A DNA stretch of 64,000 nucleotides from a virus. Its lineage: Duplodnaviria; Caudoviricetes. Positions 28,425-36,832 of this stretch are shown piece after piece. Each line of letters starts with the position of its first letter. The first letter of the stretch is position 1. A program made the translations under genes and the position numbers. The stretch spans positions 3,037 through 67,036 of IMG/VR virus record IMGVR_UViG_2724679131_000001; one strand, 5' to 3'. The notes under the pieces were generated by a model. That model made no database searches, was not told the DNA's origin, and saw nothing but the letters and a program-made list of their open reading frames with translations.

Positions 28425-29174
28425 CGCGTCTGGGAATCGGACGCGTTTTCTTTCGAGGCAAAGTACGCCGCAGTCAGCGTACAGCCAACCGCCCAGCTTT
28501 CGCATGCTCTCTTTACCGGAAACAAAGATTCGATATACTCCGCTGTCACGCTTCACCCTACTGTTAAACCCTCGCCTATTAAACTCTCCATGAAGCGCGT
28601 ATGCAAAGCGTTTTGACCCACTAGTCACAGACATTGTATAGCCATTTTCATGAACCCACCCGTCGCCGTCAATAACACCACGCACAAAATGCGGCATGAA
28701 TTCGGCAGGCACTTCCGGCAATACCACGGTTAACGATTTTCTTTCCGTGATACCAAGTGCAAGTAAGTCCTCGACCATTTCCTTCCGGTGAATCATTAAC
28801 GTGTATAGGTACGATTTTCCGTTTTTATGTTTTCGTATTGGATAATTTGATTTCATTGCGTCGTTTATTCGTTGTAAAATCGTTAAATCTTTCTGACTTA
28901 TCGAAAACGTAGTGCCGACAACACACCCGTCCGTTAAGATAAAGCCGAGTACATATGCCATATCAGGCGTCCATTCTTTGAAAAAATCGACGTTTACTTG
29001 ATACCCGCCGGTCCGACGCTTACCGCGTAACTTTACACCATTTTGCCGGAGAATTGATGTGATCTGCCGCTGACTTACGCCGGCCATATCCGCAATCTCT
29101 TTCGTAGACTTCCCGTCTGTTTCATACAACTTCGCGATTTCCTCGTGCGATATCTCTATTTTACGCAAATTCAT
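28419..29174 (-). CDS. Free-standing LAGLIDADG endonuclease with N-terminal HTH
   Basis: YVLGFILTDG and FVRGVIDGDG motifs; STKEIADMAGVS HTH. Confidence 0.9.
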   Translation of the reverse strand: MNLRKIEISHEEIAKLYETDGKSTKEIADMAGVSQRQITSILRQNGVKLRGKRRTGGYQVNVDFFKEWTPDMAYVLGFILTDGCVVGTTFSISQKDLTILQRINDAMKSNYPIRKHKNGKSYLYTLMIHRKEMVEDLLALGITERKSLTVVLPEVPAEFMPHFVRGVIDGDGWVHENGYTMSVTSGSKRFAYALHGEFNRRGFNSRVKRDSGVYRIFVSGKESMRKLGGWLYADCGVLCLERKRVRFPDAS

Positions 29175-29217
29175 TCCTCCCCTACCGGTTTCTCCGTTTT
29201 CCTACCGAAAGAAAGAC

Positions 29218-29278
29218 GACAGCTCACTGCGTGGTAGGGCCGCATATCATCCGGTAGCTACCCGGAGTGTGAGCCGCC
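29218..29278 (-). ncRNA. Putative C4/CI-like three-way-junction RNA (leader of LAGLIDADG gene)
   Basis: GGCGGCUCAC/GUGAGCUGUC closing stem (two G-U pairs, minus strand only), UCCGG/CCGGA and UGCG/CGCA arms, loop GCCCUACCA. Confidence 0.6.
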
Positions 29279-29289
29279 AACGCAAACAC

Positions 29290-29320
29290 AAAAAAGCCGG
29301 CGACATAGTGTCGTCAGCTT
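29290..29320 (-). terminator. Intrinsic terminator
   Basis: AAGCTGACGACA-CTA-TGTCGCCGGCTT followed by T tract on the minus strand. Confidence 0.7.
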
Positions 29321-29492
29321 CGTTCTGCTTGCGTTTGTTCAAAGTGATTTTTTAATGCGCGGATTTTAAATCCGCCAGTCTCCGGCCTTTTCGACTGGGG
29401 CCTTGGGGGAATCTTCAAAATTTTCTGTCGCGCTATTTGATTAACGTCAGAATTTTTTGTTATTTATTAGGAATTCAATCATATGCATATCG

Positions 29493-29521
29493 AATGTAAC
29501 AGAATCACGTTTTGTTACGTT
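29493..29521. other. Putative tyrosine-recombinase core site (11-7-11)
   Basis: AATGTAACAGA-ATCACGT-TTTGTTACGTT; right arm plus spacer matches 27852-27868 inverted at 15/17. Confidence 0.6.
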
Positions 29522-29840
29522 AGGCATACGTAATAAAACGTTGATATAACGCCATTCTTCCGCTGTACACTCCGCCAGCCTTCCGCTATACATTTATGCA
29601 CCGCCTAAACCCGCATTGTTACGTTACCTTTATGCATGCGGACTGCATACGCAATGTATAAGATTTGCATACGAATTGTCACTGTTGCACGAACAACCGC
29701 AACTATTCCGAATTGTGCACGCAGTTCATCCGAAAATGTCGGCAGGGCCGCGCGCGAGGAGGCGCGTGCTGGTAAATCGCAGCCTATCGTAAATCAACGT
29801 AAGCCACCCGTCCCTATTCGCTTCCTACTATATGCACCGC

Positions 29841-30233
29841 TTATTCGCTATCTTTACGCGCCTTCCTTAACCGCTCTATTTCCGCCTTCATTTCGTCAAC
29901 TGACGCCGCGCTTCCGTCTTTATTTTCGACTTCCACTTTTTCCGTTAGCATGCCGAGTGATTGCAGATAAGTACGGAATAATGCCGCATTGCCTTCCTCG
30001 ATAACATGGCGCGGTACAGCCGCATACATATCCGGTAAATGTTCGACTGCATTCCGTAGCACCTGCTTCTTTACTTCTTCGTTAAAGGCGTCTTGGTTCC
30101 GCCATTCGTACAAAGCCTGTCTGCTTACGCCAACCCTTTCGGCAATCTCATCGTATGTCATTCCGCCTCTTTTCGGTAATGCTAGTAGCGCAATAGCTGC
30201 GTATTGCTTTTCGCTTAGTTTCTTACGTGGCAT
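29841..30233 (-). CDS. Terminase small subunit-like HTH protein (phBC6A51 family)
   Basis: LSEKQ.AAI, EIAERVGVSRQALYEW, GMLTEKVEV; upstream of terL. Confidence 0.8.
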   Translation of the reverse strand: MPRKKLSEKQYAAIALLALPKRGGMTYDEIAERVGVSRQALYEWRNQDAFNEEVKKQVLRNAVEHLPDMYAAVPRHVIEEGNAALFRTYLQSLGMLTEKVEVENKDGSAASVDEMKAEIERLRKARKDSE

Positions 30234-30262
30234 GATTCGTCACTCCTTTCCCGTATAATAAA

Positions 30263-30341
30263 AACGCCTGATTCCCGTTGGTAGGAATCGGGCTGCTTCC
30301 GTTCATGTAACGGCCTTCTCTTCGCCGGAATGTCAGGCGTT
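30263..30341 (-). ncRNA. Second putative junction RNA with CCUACC loop, upstream of terS
   Basis: AACGCCUGA/UCAGGCGUU closing stem plus U tract; CCCG-AUUCCUACCAA-CGGG arm. Confidence 0.55.
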
Positions 30342-30652
30342 AGCACATTCCCCGTTAATGTATGCCGTGAAGTCTATCGACTTCAAAAACCTTGCAACCA
30401 AATTCGCCCCAAAAACCGGGGCTCATTTGTTTGCGACCATGTAATCTATATCGATGATTTATAAATACATAGCGCCGAAGTGTAGTGACCGAAGGGAACG
30501 GAACGGAGGCGCAAGGTTTTTTGCCTTTCTTTGTTTCACAAAGATAAAGAAATAAGTTTGCACCGTTCCTCACGACCAACACAATATATTGTTATGAATC
30601 GTCTATTTATCAGCACATATACACTATATATTGTGTTTTTAGCCGGTTTTAG

Positions 30653-30709
30653 TTTTTCCGCGAATTTACCGATGAACCCCCGGTTTTTTCCGCGAATTTA
30701 CCGATGAAC
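30653..30709. repeat. Two exact 25-bp direct repeats (iteron-like)
   Basis: TTTTTCCGCGAATTTACCGATGAAC at 30653-30677 and 30685-30709. Confidence 0.9.
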
Positions 30710-30722
30710 GGTCATTCATTTT

Positions 30723-31514
30723 TTAGTGACCGCTAAACCCGAGCCGAAATATCTCGCGAAGTGTTGCGTCAGGCTCGCCATCTTTCCGGTAAAATATAAA
30801 CGGATTCAGTTTGTAATAACGTGTTTTTCCTCGCCTTATTTCCGCAAACACGAATTCGTCACCTAATTTCATACGTCGGAGGTAGTTATACACAGTCTTT
30901 TCGCTAACGCCCGTAAGCTCCGCAATGTCCGTTTTTGATAACTCCTCGATACGCTCAATGTTCGGCTCGAAAGGGTTGGCACAAACGGTATTCGTTTCGA
31001 AATGAATAAACGGCAGGAGCTTGTAAATAAAGCCGAGCTTGTTGGCGTTACGCGGCGTGTATAACGACCTCACTTTCGCGGTGAACGTCTTAATGACACG
31101 CGTGTTATCGGTGCTGCCTCGGAAATGATACGCTGGATTAATGCGGTAACAGCCATTTTCCTCGAAGATGACGCCGTTTGCCAGCATTGCATTAAAAAAC
31201 TCGTAAAATGCCGTCTTTCGTAAGCCCAGCACGGTTTGTATATCGTGCTTCGTCATCGGCTCCTTTTCGCGACTGGCTTTTACGAGTATGCCATCGTAAT
31301 GAATGAACGTCTGCAAGTACAATAACTGCCCGCAATGCTTGTCGTCTATCTTAGCAATAACTTCCGGCATGTTCAGCATGTTGCTAAACGTAAAGTCACG
31401 TTGGCGGCCGGTCTGTCGGCGTTGGTATGCGTGGTCTTGGTGCCGGTGCCGCAGCGTGTAGTCTTGCGATAAATCCTCGCCTGTGTCGACATCTATAACA
31501 CGTAAACGATTCAC
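30723..31514 (-). CDS. RepL-like double winged-HTH replication/maintenance protein
   Basis: IDVDTGE, YRINP.YHFRG, YKLNP.IFY; GTG start after GGAGGGG. Confidence 0.7.
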   Translation of the reverse strand: MNRLRVIDVDTGEDLSQDYTLRHRHQDHAYQRRQTGRQRDFTFSNMLNMPEVIAKIDDKHCGQLLYLQTFIHYDGILVKASREKEPMTKHDIQTVLGLRKTAFYEFFNAMLANGVIFEENGCYRINPAYHFRGSTDNTRVIKTFTAKVRSLYTPRNANKLGFIYKLLPFIHFETNTVCANPFEPNIERIEELSKTDIAELTGVSEKTVYNYLRRMKLGDEFVFAEIRRGKTRYYKLNPFIFYRKDGEPDATLREIFRLGFSGH

Positions 31515-31709
31515 TGCTTCCCCTCCGTTAAAAAAGGGTGGCCGGAGTACACCCGGCTCATGCGTCTCCCTTTCGGCAACAAAATAGCGCCCGCAATGGA
31601 GCGCCTTAATCAATACTTACGCAATGCCTTCGTAGTGGCACGCGCTTCGAGCGTGTAAACTTCCCTTCATAACGTATAGACAACTAAACGCCTAAAAGTA
31701 AGCCGAATT

Positions 31710-32075
31710 TTATAAATTTCTTAATTTTCGCCGATATTCTCTCGTCTGTTTTGCATAATCCCTGCCGTCAGTCGCGACACTTTCCGCCCATTTAAGCGAT
31801 ACTTCATCGTCGTGCCGTTCTTCTTCTTGCGTGTCACTCATGATCGGGTATTCATCACGTGCCATCTTATCCGGGTGTGGATCGGTAATTTCCTCGTACA
31901 AGCACAACGTCGCCAACCGGTCCAGCATTGCCGGATCCGGTCGTCGGCCTGTTGCCGCCATATATTCCTCGGTCAGCTGTTCGATTGCAGCAAACCGAGC
32001 TTGGCGCGGCAGTTTACCGCGCTTGGTTGCCATCCATAGTTCGTTGATTCGTGCGTTCAGCTCTTCGTTTGTCAT
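31710..32075 (-). CDS. Conserved phage hypothetical protein
   Basis: LDRLA...EEITDPHPDK..EYPIMS. Confidence 0.75.
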   Translation of the reverse strand: MTNEELNARINELWMATKRGKLPRQARFAAIEQLTEEYMAATGRRPDPAMLDRLATLCLYEEITDPHPDKMARDEYPIMSDTQEEERHDDEVSLKWAESVATDGRDYAKQTREYRRKLRNL

Positions 32076-32143
32076 TCCGTGTCATTCCCTTCGGTTAGTT
32101 CGTCGTACACGTTTTCGAGGCGTTGGTTGGCAATGCGGACGTA

Positions 32144-33325
32144 TTAGTTAGCCACCTCTCCTGTTCTCACTTCGATAATCTCAACGTACTCCGGCTCGCG
32201 TTCAATTCCGATAAATCCAAAGCCCTCTCGCTTAGCCGCAACAAGTGTACTGCCGCTGCCTGCAAACGGGTCAAGTACTGTTCCGCCTGGCGGAGTGACT
32301 AGGCTAACAAGCCACGCCATAAGCTCGGTCGGTTTGACGGTTGGGTGCGAATTTTGCGACGCTATTTCTTCACCTCGCCAATCGCTATTTCGGTCGCGCT
32401 TGCTTGCTTTTTTCGAAAGTTCTTGCGGTGTCACGTTACCTTGTGTGGCAGTTACGTCGCAGTATTTCGACCAAAAGGCGTCAGATTCGGTTGTAACGAT
32501 GTTTGCTGGGAAACGTCCTCCCATCGGTCTTTTATCTTGATTCATCGCTAGTGAAAAAGACGGCTCGTTTTCGGCATGTTTAGCTTTTCGTAATCCCCCA
32601 CTAGCTCTATCATAACCGTCACCAATCCGACACCCGTCTACATTAATCGCACCTGTGCCCCAGCGCTCTACGTTGTCGCATACCGTACCTTCTAACGGCT
32701 TGCGGACGACAATGATCGGTTCGTGTGCGGGTTTTAGTGCCGTGCCCCAACCGCCCCATTTCTTCGCGAGTTCGGTTGCGGGTGCGGTCAATAGCGTATT
32801 TGCAGCGGTCCTAGTACCGTCGACTTCGCCTCCTACGGTAAACGAATTACCTCCCGGTCCGTTCGGATACCTTTCCGCCCACTTCTGACCGATAACCTCA
32901 CGTTCTACGCCTGCCCGCCTATCAAACGCCTTGCTTACGTCCATCGATTTAGGGAAGCCGCTAAAATACAGCCATTCGATCACGTCGCGCACTTCAAATC
33001 CGGCAAGCCTAAGCGCAATTGTCATCAAGTCTTGTGTTCGTGTGCCGGCAAACACAAGCGAATGACCGCCCGGCTTTAACACTCGATACACTTCTCGCCA
33101 AATATCCGGGTGTGGTACGAAACTATCCCACGTTTTACCCATAAAGCCGCCATGCCCGTGATCGTAAGGCTCACCGTTCATCCATTTCGTTAGCACTTCG
33201 AAAATGTCCGGTTCTTTTGATAAGCCGTATGGCGGGTCTGTTACGATGCTATCTACACTATTGTCCGGTAACTCCTTTAATTTATCGCGACAGTCGCCTT
33301 TTAAAATCGTGTATTGTGTCGCCAT
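32144..33325 (-). CDS. Beta-class N4C/N6A DNA methyltransferase
   Basis: TDPPY, HPTVKP, LDPFAGSGST. Confidence 0.92.
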   Translation of the reverse strand: MATQYTILKGDCRDKLKELPDNSVDSIVTDPPYGLSKEPDIFEVLTKWMNGEPYDHGHGGFMGKTWDSFVPHPDIWREVYRVLKPGGHSLVFAGTRTQDLMTIALRLAGFEVRDVIEWLYFSGFPKSMDVSKAFDRRAGVEREVIGQKWAERYPNGPGGNSFTVGGEVDGTRTAANTLLTAPATELAKKWGGWGTALKPAHEPIIVVRKPLEGTVCDNVERWGTGAINVDGCRIGDGYDRASGGLRKAKHAENEPSFSLAMNQDKRPMGGRFPANIVTTESDAFWSKYCDVTATQGNVTPQELSKKASKRDRNSDWRGEEIASQNSHPTVKPTELMAWLVSLVTPPGGTVLDPFAGSGSTLVAAKREGFGFIGIEREPEYVEIIEVRTGEVAN

Positions 33326-33326
33326 C

Positions 33327-33752
33327 CTATCGCTCCCCTTCCGTTTCATTTACCGTCAAACTGTACCCTTCGCCCATCCTTGCCCACGATTCAAACACAC
33401 GCGCTATCTTCGCCGTGGCTACCGCAATAAGTCGATTGACCGTTTGCTTGCTCGATTGCTTGCCCGTCAGCCTGCCTAACGCTATGCCTGCGTCGGTCTG
33501 TGTCAAGTCATCGACAAATACCAGCCGCAAGGCTAAACGTTGCCTATTCGTCAAGCCTGCGCGTTCGATCGCCGTGTGCAAGTCCAGCAGGATGTCGCTC
33601 GCTGCGTAGTCGCCTTTGTAGCGCCGTTCGCATAGCGCGTGGTAGTCCCGCAACAGCCGTTTCACTCCATCGGCGCTGTCTAGCGCGTACCTTCCGTTTA
33701 GTGCCCGTTCCTTTTCATGTATGTCGATTTTGACCGATCCGATAGTAATCAC
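33327..33752 (-). CDS. Sigma-70 region 4-like transcription regulator
   Basis: LTNRQRLAL.L....LTQ HTH. Confidence 0.7.
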   Translation of the reverse strand: MITIGSVKIDIHEKERALNGRYALDSADGVKRLLRDYHALCERRYKGDYAASDILLDLHTAIERAGLTNRQRLALRLVFVDDLTQTDAGIALGRLTGKQSSKQTVNRLIAVATAKIARVFESWARMGEGYSLTVNETEGER

Positions 33753-34483
33753 CGTCCATTTTCCGTTATTTTCCTTATTGCGTAAACTGCCTTCGTAAAT
33801 TCACTAACTTCGCCTCTCGGTGTCGGGTTTAAAACATGAGCCGGTATGCCTGGCGTTTCTATTAACGGTTTGTACCGTTGCTCCGCCCAGGTAACTCCGA
33901 GTTCTTTGGCGACTTGCTCCGTATATGGCAATACGTTCAACGACGAAAATTTCAAGTGGTCGTCGTAATCGTTCTGAACGAAAAACGCACCGTATGCTTT
34001 GCGACTTAGCGCGTCGCAGTGAACGATAATGGCGTTCATGCCTCGGATTAGCGTGTTGAACAGCAGAAAAGGCAGCGCACGATCACTTAATTCTTCGCAA
34101 TGGTAAACGTACCAGGACGGCTTATAGTCGAACGGCGAGTGCTTCATACGGTCGCGATTCCATGCCGTAATAGTCATTCCGCCTGTGCCGGCACAAGGTT
34201 CGTAGTGCAAGCCGTTATAGTCGTCAGTTCCGGCTAACTGCGTAATCAATTCGTTAATACTTTGCGGCGTGAAGTCCTGTTTTTTCTTTTTGCGATCGGC
34301 ATGTTCGTCCTCGAAATATTCCCGGAACCAATCGTAGGTGACGTCGTAGTTAAATTCGTCTAAAAACGCCTTGAACAAGCGCTCTCGTTCCGGCTTGTCG
34401 TATAATATCTCCATCAAGCGCGCTGGCGCTTTGTAGCTGTCGTCGATTCCAAGTAACTCATTGATTCGGTTAATTTTCGTCAT
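33749..34483 (-). CDS. N6-DNA-methylase-like SAM-binding protein
   Basis: QDFTP, YEPCAGTGGM; no NPPY/F visible; ATG 34483 after GGAAGGAG. Confidence 0.75.
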   Translation of the reverse strand: MTKINRINELLGIDDSYKAPARLMEILYDKPERERLFKAFLDEFNYDVTYDWFREYFEDEHADRKKKKQDFTPQSINELITQLAGTDDYNGLHYEPCAGTGGMTITAWNRDRMKHSPFDYKPSWYVYHCEELSDRALPFLLFNTLIRGMNAIIVHCDALSRKAYGAFFVQNDYDDHLKFSSLNVLPYTEQVAKELGVTWAEQRYKPLIETPGIPAHVLNPTPRGEVSEFTKAVYAIRKITENGR

Positions 34484-34571
34484 CTGGGCGCTCCTTCCGC
34501 TTGTATAATCGTCAAACTCGTAAAATACGATTCGTCGGCGAGTTGATATGTTCGGTCGCCTTGTGTCCGCG

Positions 34572-36122
34572 TCATTCAGCAGCCCCCATTTCGATAAATC
34601 CATCTGTAACCGCCTCGGCCCCAAACTCTTTGACGACAAACTCGCGCGCCTTGTTGTCCGTTTTGATTTCGTCCTCTGACGGTATCCAGTTGAAATGACT
34701 TCCGCAAAGGTAGTTCAGCTTGTTTAGCAAGCGCTCGTTTTTAAACCAAATGTGAACATTGCCATTTAAAAACATTTTGAACCGCAATATATCGCACTCG
34801 AACTCTTGATTGTTTAGCGCCGTGAACTCGCCTTTAACGCTAGAATCAAGCAATTGAAACGCTTTGATTATGTCGTTTATAAAGTTGCGGACATCGTCAT
34901 TAATCAGCATATAATCCGTGTTAAAGTCCCAGCTGTCAAACGAATGCTTGATCGGGATGATAATTTTCTTGTTTATCTTGTACGCGTTATTCGTTTTCCA
35001 GCCGTTGTAATAATGAATGTTCGTGCTGTATTTGTTCATGTGGTACTTCGTAATCTTTTTAAAGATCGATACGACGCTTTCGACAAGGATGTCGCGCTTG
35101 TTGTAGTTCAGCGCCATGAGCAGCATTTTAATGTTCGGCAAGTTAATCTCCATTTCTTCCGCCAAACTCAACCGCTTATTTAACTCCTGTATGGCGTCAT
35201 TAGTCAACATCGCCTTAAAGTCGTCCGTGTCGAGTATCAATTGCCAATAACCGCGCCGTAATCGGTCTAGTTCCTCGTTCAAGTCGTTTGCCGTGAATGG
35301 CTTCGACACAACATAGGACAGCTTTCTGTTATACACGCTTTTTCCGCCATTGACCTTGTTAACGTATTGAATGAACGCTTCTTTGTCGCGAATGGCTTTG
35401 TACGCCTTTTTCGCTAGGTCACACGCTGTTTCATATTCGAGCACAAGGCGTTCAATGTCGTCTATTTTCGCTTGTATTTCGCTTTGCTTTACGTAGGTAG
35501 ACAACGCAGTACTTAACTCGTCCTCGCTTGCGTTTGCCACGTTCACGAACGGTATTTTGTCGTAGATACTCTTGCCTGCGCCAGCCTTTTCAATTTTGAC
35601 ATGAATGAGCGCTACTTCGACGTCTGTCCGCCGTTCCGCGTCGACGAATGCTCCTTGTACATATCGAATCTTGGCTTTATGCTCGTTCAATTTTCGCAAT
35701 AGTCCCTGGCGTTTGTTCGAATACGCGTTCGCAAGTGTTTCCTTGTTCAGTATCGCATATATTTCGCAGCAGCTTAGTTGGTTTTCGGCGAGGTCAAGCG
35801 CCTTTAATACGTGGTCGACTCCGTTGGAAAACGGCGGATTCATAATGATATAGTCGTACTCTTTGAACGTTTCATATGTTAGAAAATCATCCCATACGAC
35901 GTTAAACCCTTCGCTCATCAGCATGCCGGCGAGCCGTTCGTCATTTTCGATGGCGTCTACTCTAACACTATCTCTCCGGTTTAGCTCCTTAATGTATTTA
36001 ATTAAGTCGCCTTTACCGGCAGATGGTTCGAGGATACGTCCAACGATGTACCGATTACCATCAATCAATTTGTAAAATAGATCGCGAGGTGTTGGGTAAA
36101 AATCCTTATTATCCGTAAACAA
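34572..36122 (-). CDS. Class I SAM methyltransferase with DUF4942-like C-terminus
   Basis: FYPTP, LEPSAGKG, IIMNPPF, GWKTN, F.NGNVHI.F; likely TTG start at 36122. Confidence 0.85.
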   Translation of the reverse strand: MFTDNKDFYPTPRDLFYKLIDGNRYIVGRILEPSAGKGDLIKYIKELNRRDSVRVDAIENDERLAGMLMSEGFNVVWDDFLTYETFKEYDYIIMNPPFSNGVDHVLKALDLAENQLSCCEIYAILNKETLANAYSNKRQGLLRKLNEHKAKIRYVQGAFVDAERRTDVEVALIHVKIEKAGAGKSIYDKIPFVNVANASEDELSTALSTYVKQSEIQAKIDDIERLVLEYETACDLAKKAYKAIRDKEAFIQYVNKVNGGKSVYNRKLSYVVSKPFTANDLNEELDRLRRGYWQLILDTDDFKAMLTNDAIQELNKRLSLAEEMEINLPNIKMLLMALNYNKRDILVESVVSIFKKITKYHMNKYSTNIHYYNGWKTNNAYKINKKIIIPIKHSFDSWDFNTDYMLINDDVRNFINDIIKAFQLLDSSVKGEFTALNNQEFECDILRFKMFLNGNVHIWFKNERLLNKLNYLCGSHFNWIPSEDEIKTDNKAREFVVKEFGAEAVTDGFIEMGAAE

Positions 36123-36211
36123 TAAAGCGTCACCCTTTCGTTGTATTTTCGTTGACATTGGTTCCGTTTTGGCGTAACATATACGTAAATAAATTCACGG
36201 GGGTGCTTCTG

Positions 36212-36448
36212 ATGAAATCAAGTAATCAGTTCCGAGATCAGCTGATTTATTTACTAGAGCGAGGCCACACGCACCGCGAATGCCGCGCGGAACTCCGTTT
36301 TATGCACTCGGTCGCCGCTGCATCGCTCGCAAAATTGTATATGTCCGGAAAGATTGACGAAACTCAATTTGCGAATATGTCGGTCGACTTGGCGCATGAT
36401 CTCCGTGAAGCACAATCATTTCTACGTTGCAAATATACGGAGGTGTAA
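36212..36448 (+). CDS. Hypothetical protein
   Basis: TTGACA-N17-TAACAT promoter (36152-36180), GGGGTG RBS. Confidence 0.65.
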   Translation: MKSSNQFRDQLIYLLERGHTHRECRAELRFMHSVAAASLAKLYMSGKIDETQFANMSVDLAHDLREAQSFLRCKYTEV

Positions 36449-36451
36449 CGC

Positions 36452-36832
36452 ATGACTTTCGAATGGATTTCTAATGATGGCGACAGCGCCGCGTTTATTG
36501 CGATCGACAATCAGCGCCGGTTTTACCTGTCGGCCGGCACACGGGCGCTGCTCGATAACCCGACCGCGCTGATCTTCGGCTACGACAAGGTCAACAAGCG
36601 CCTGGTCGTCGCCAAGCCCGACGTGGTGCGGGCGGTTAACGTGCGACCCTACCCGTTTGATAAGCGATGGTACGCAAGCGCGCGGAACTTCGTTAAACAA
36701 GCTGGCATCTCGGAGTCGTCGTTACCGTTGCGATTCTACTATGTCGGTAAAGACTACGGAGACACGCCCGCCGGATCATACGCGTTTGAGCTTGGCGACT
36801 ATGACGCGCCGGACGGCGGCATTAGTAAGTAA
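36452..36832 (+). CDS. Hypothetical protein, AbrB-like N-terminus possible
   Basis: GGAGGTG RBS; IAIDNQRRFYLS. Confidence 0.7.
   Translation: MTFEWISNDGDSAAFIAIDNQRRFYLSAGTRALLDNPTALIFGYDKVNKRLVVAKPDVVRAVNVRPYPFDKRWYASARNFVKQAGISESSLPLRFYYVGKDYGDTPAGSYAFELGDYDAPDGGISK

Noticed and set aside
29636-30004. + strand 122-aa ORF, and 30355-30582 on the minus strand
   Set aside because: No RBS, unprotein-like composition, overlap terS or structured non-coding DNA
30653-30709. Direct repeats as a CRISPR array
   Set aside because: Only two copies with a 7-bp spacer and no cas genes
31540-31585. c-di-GMP-I riboswitch (GAAAGGGAGACGCA...GCC similarity)
   Set aside because: No upstream G(C/U)AAA element or P1 pairing; better explained as an attenuator hairpin
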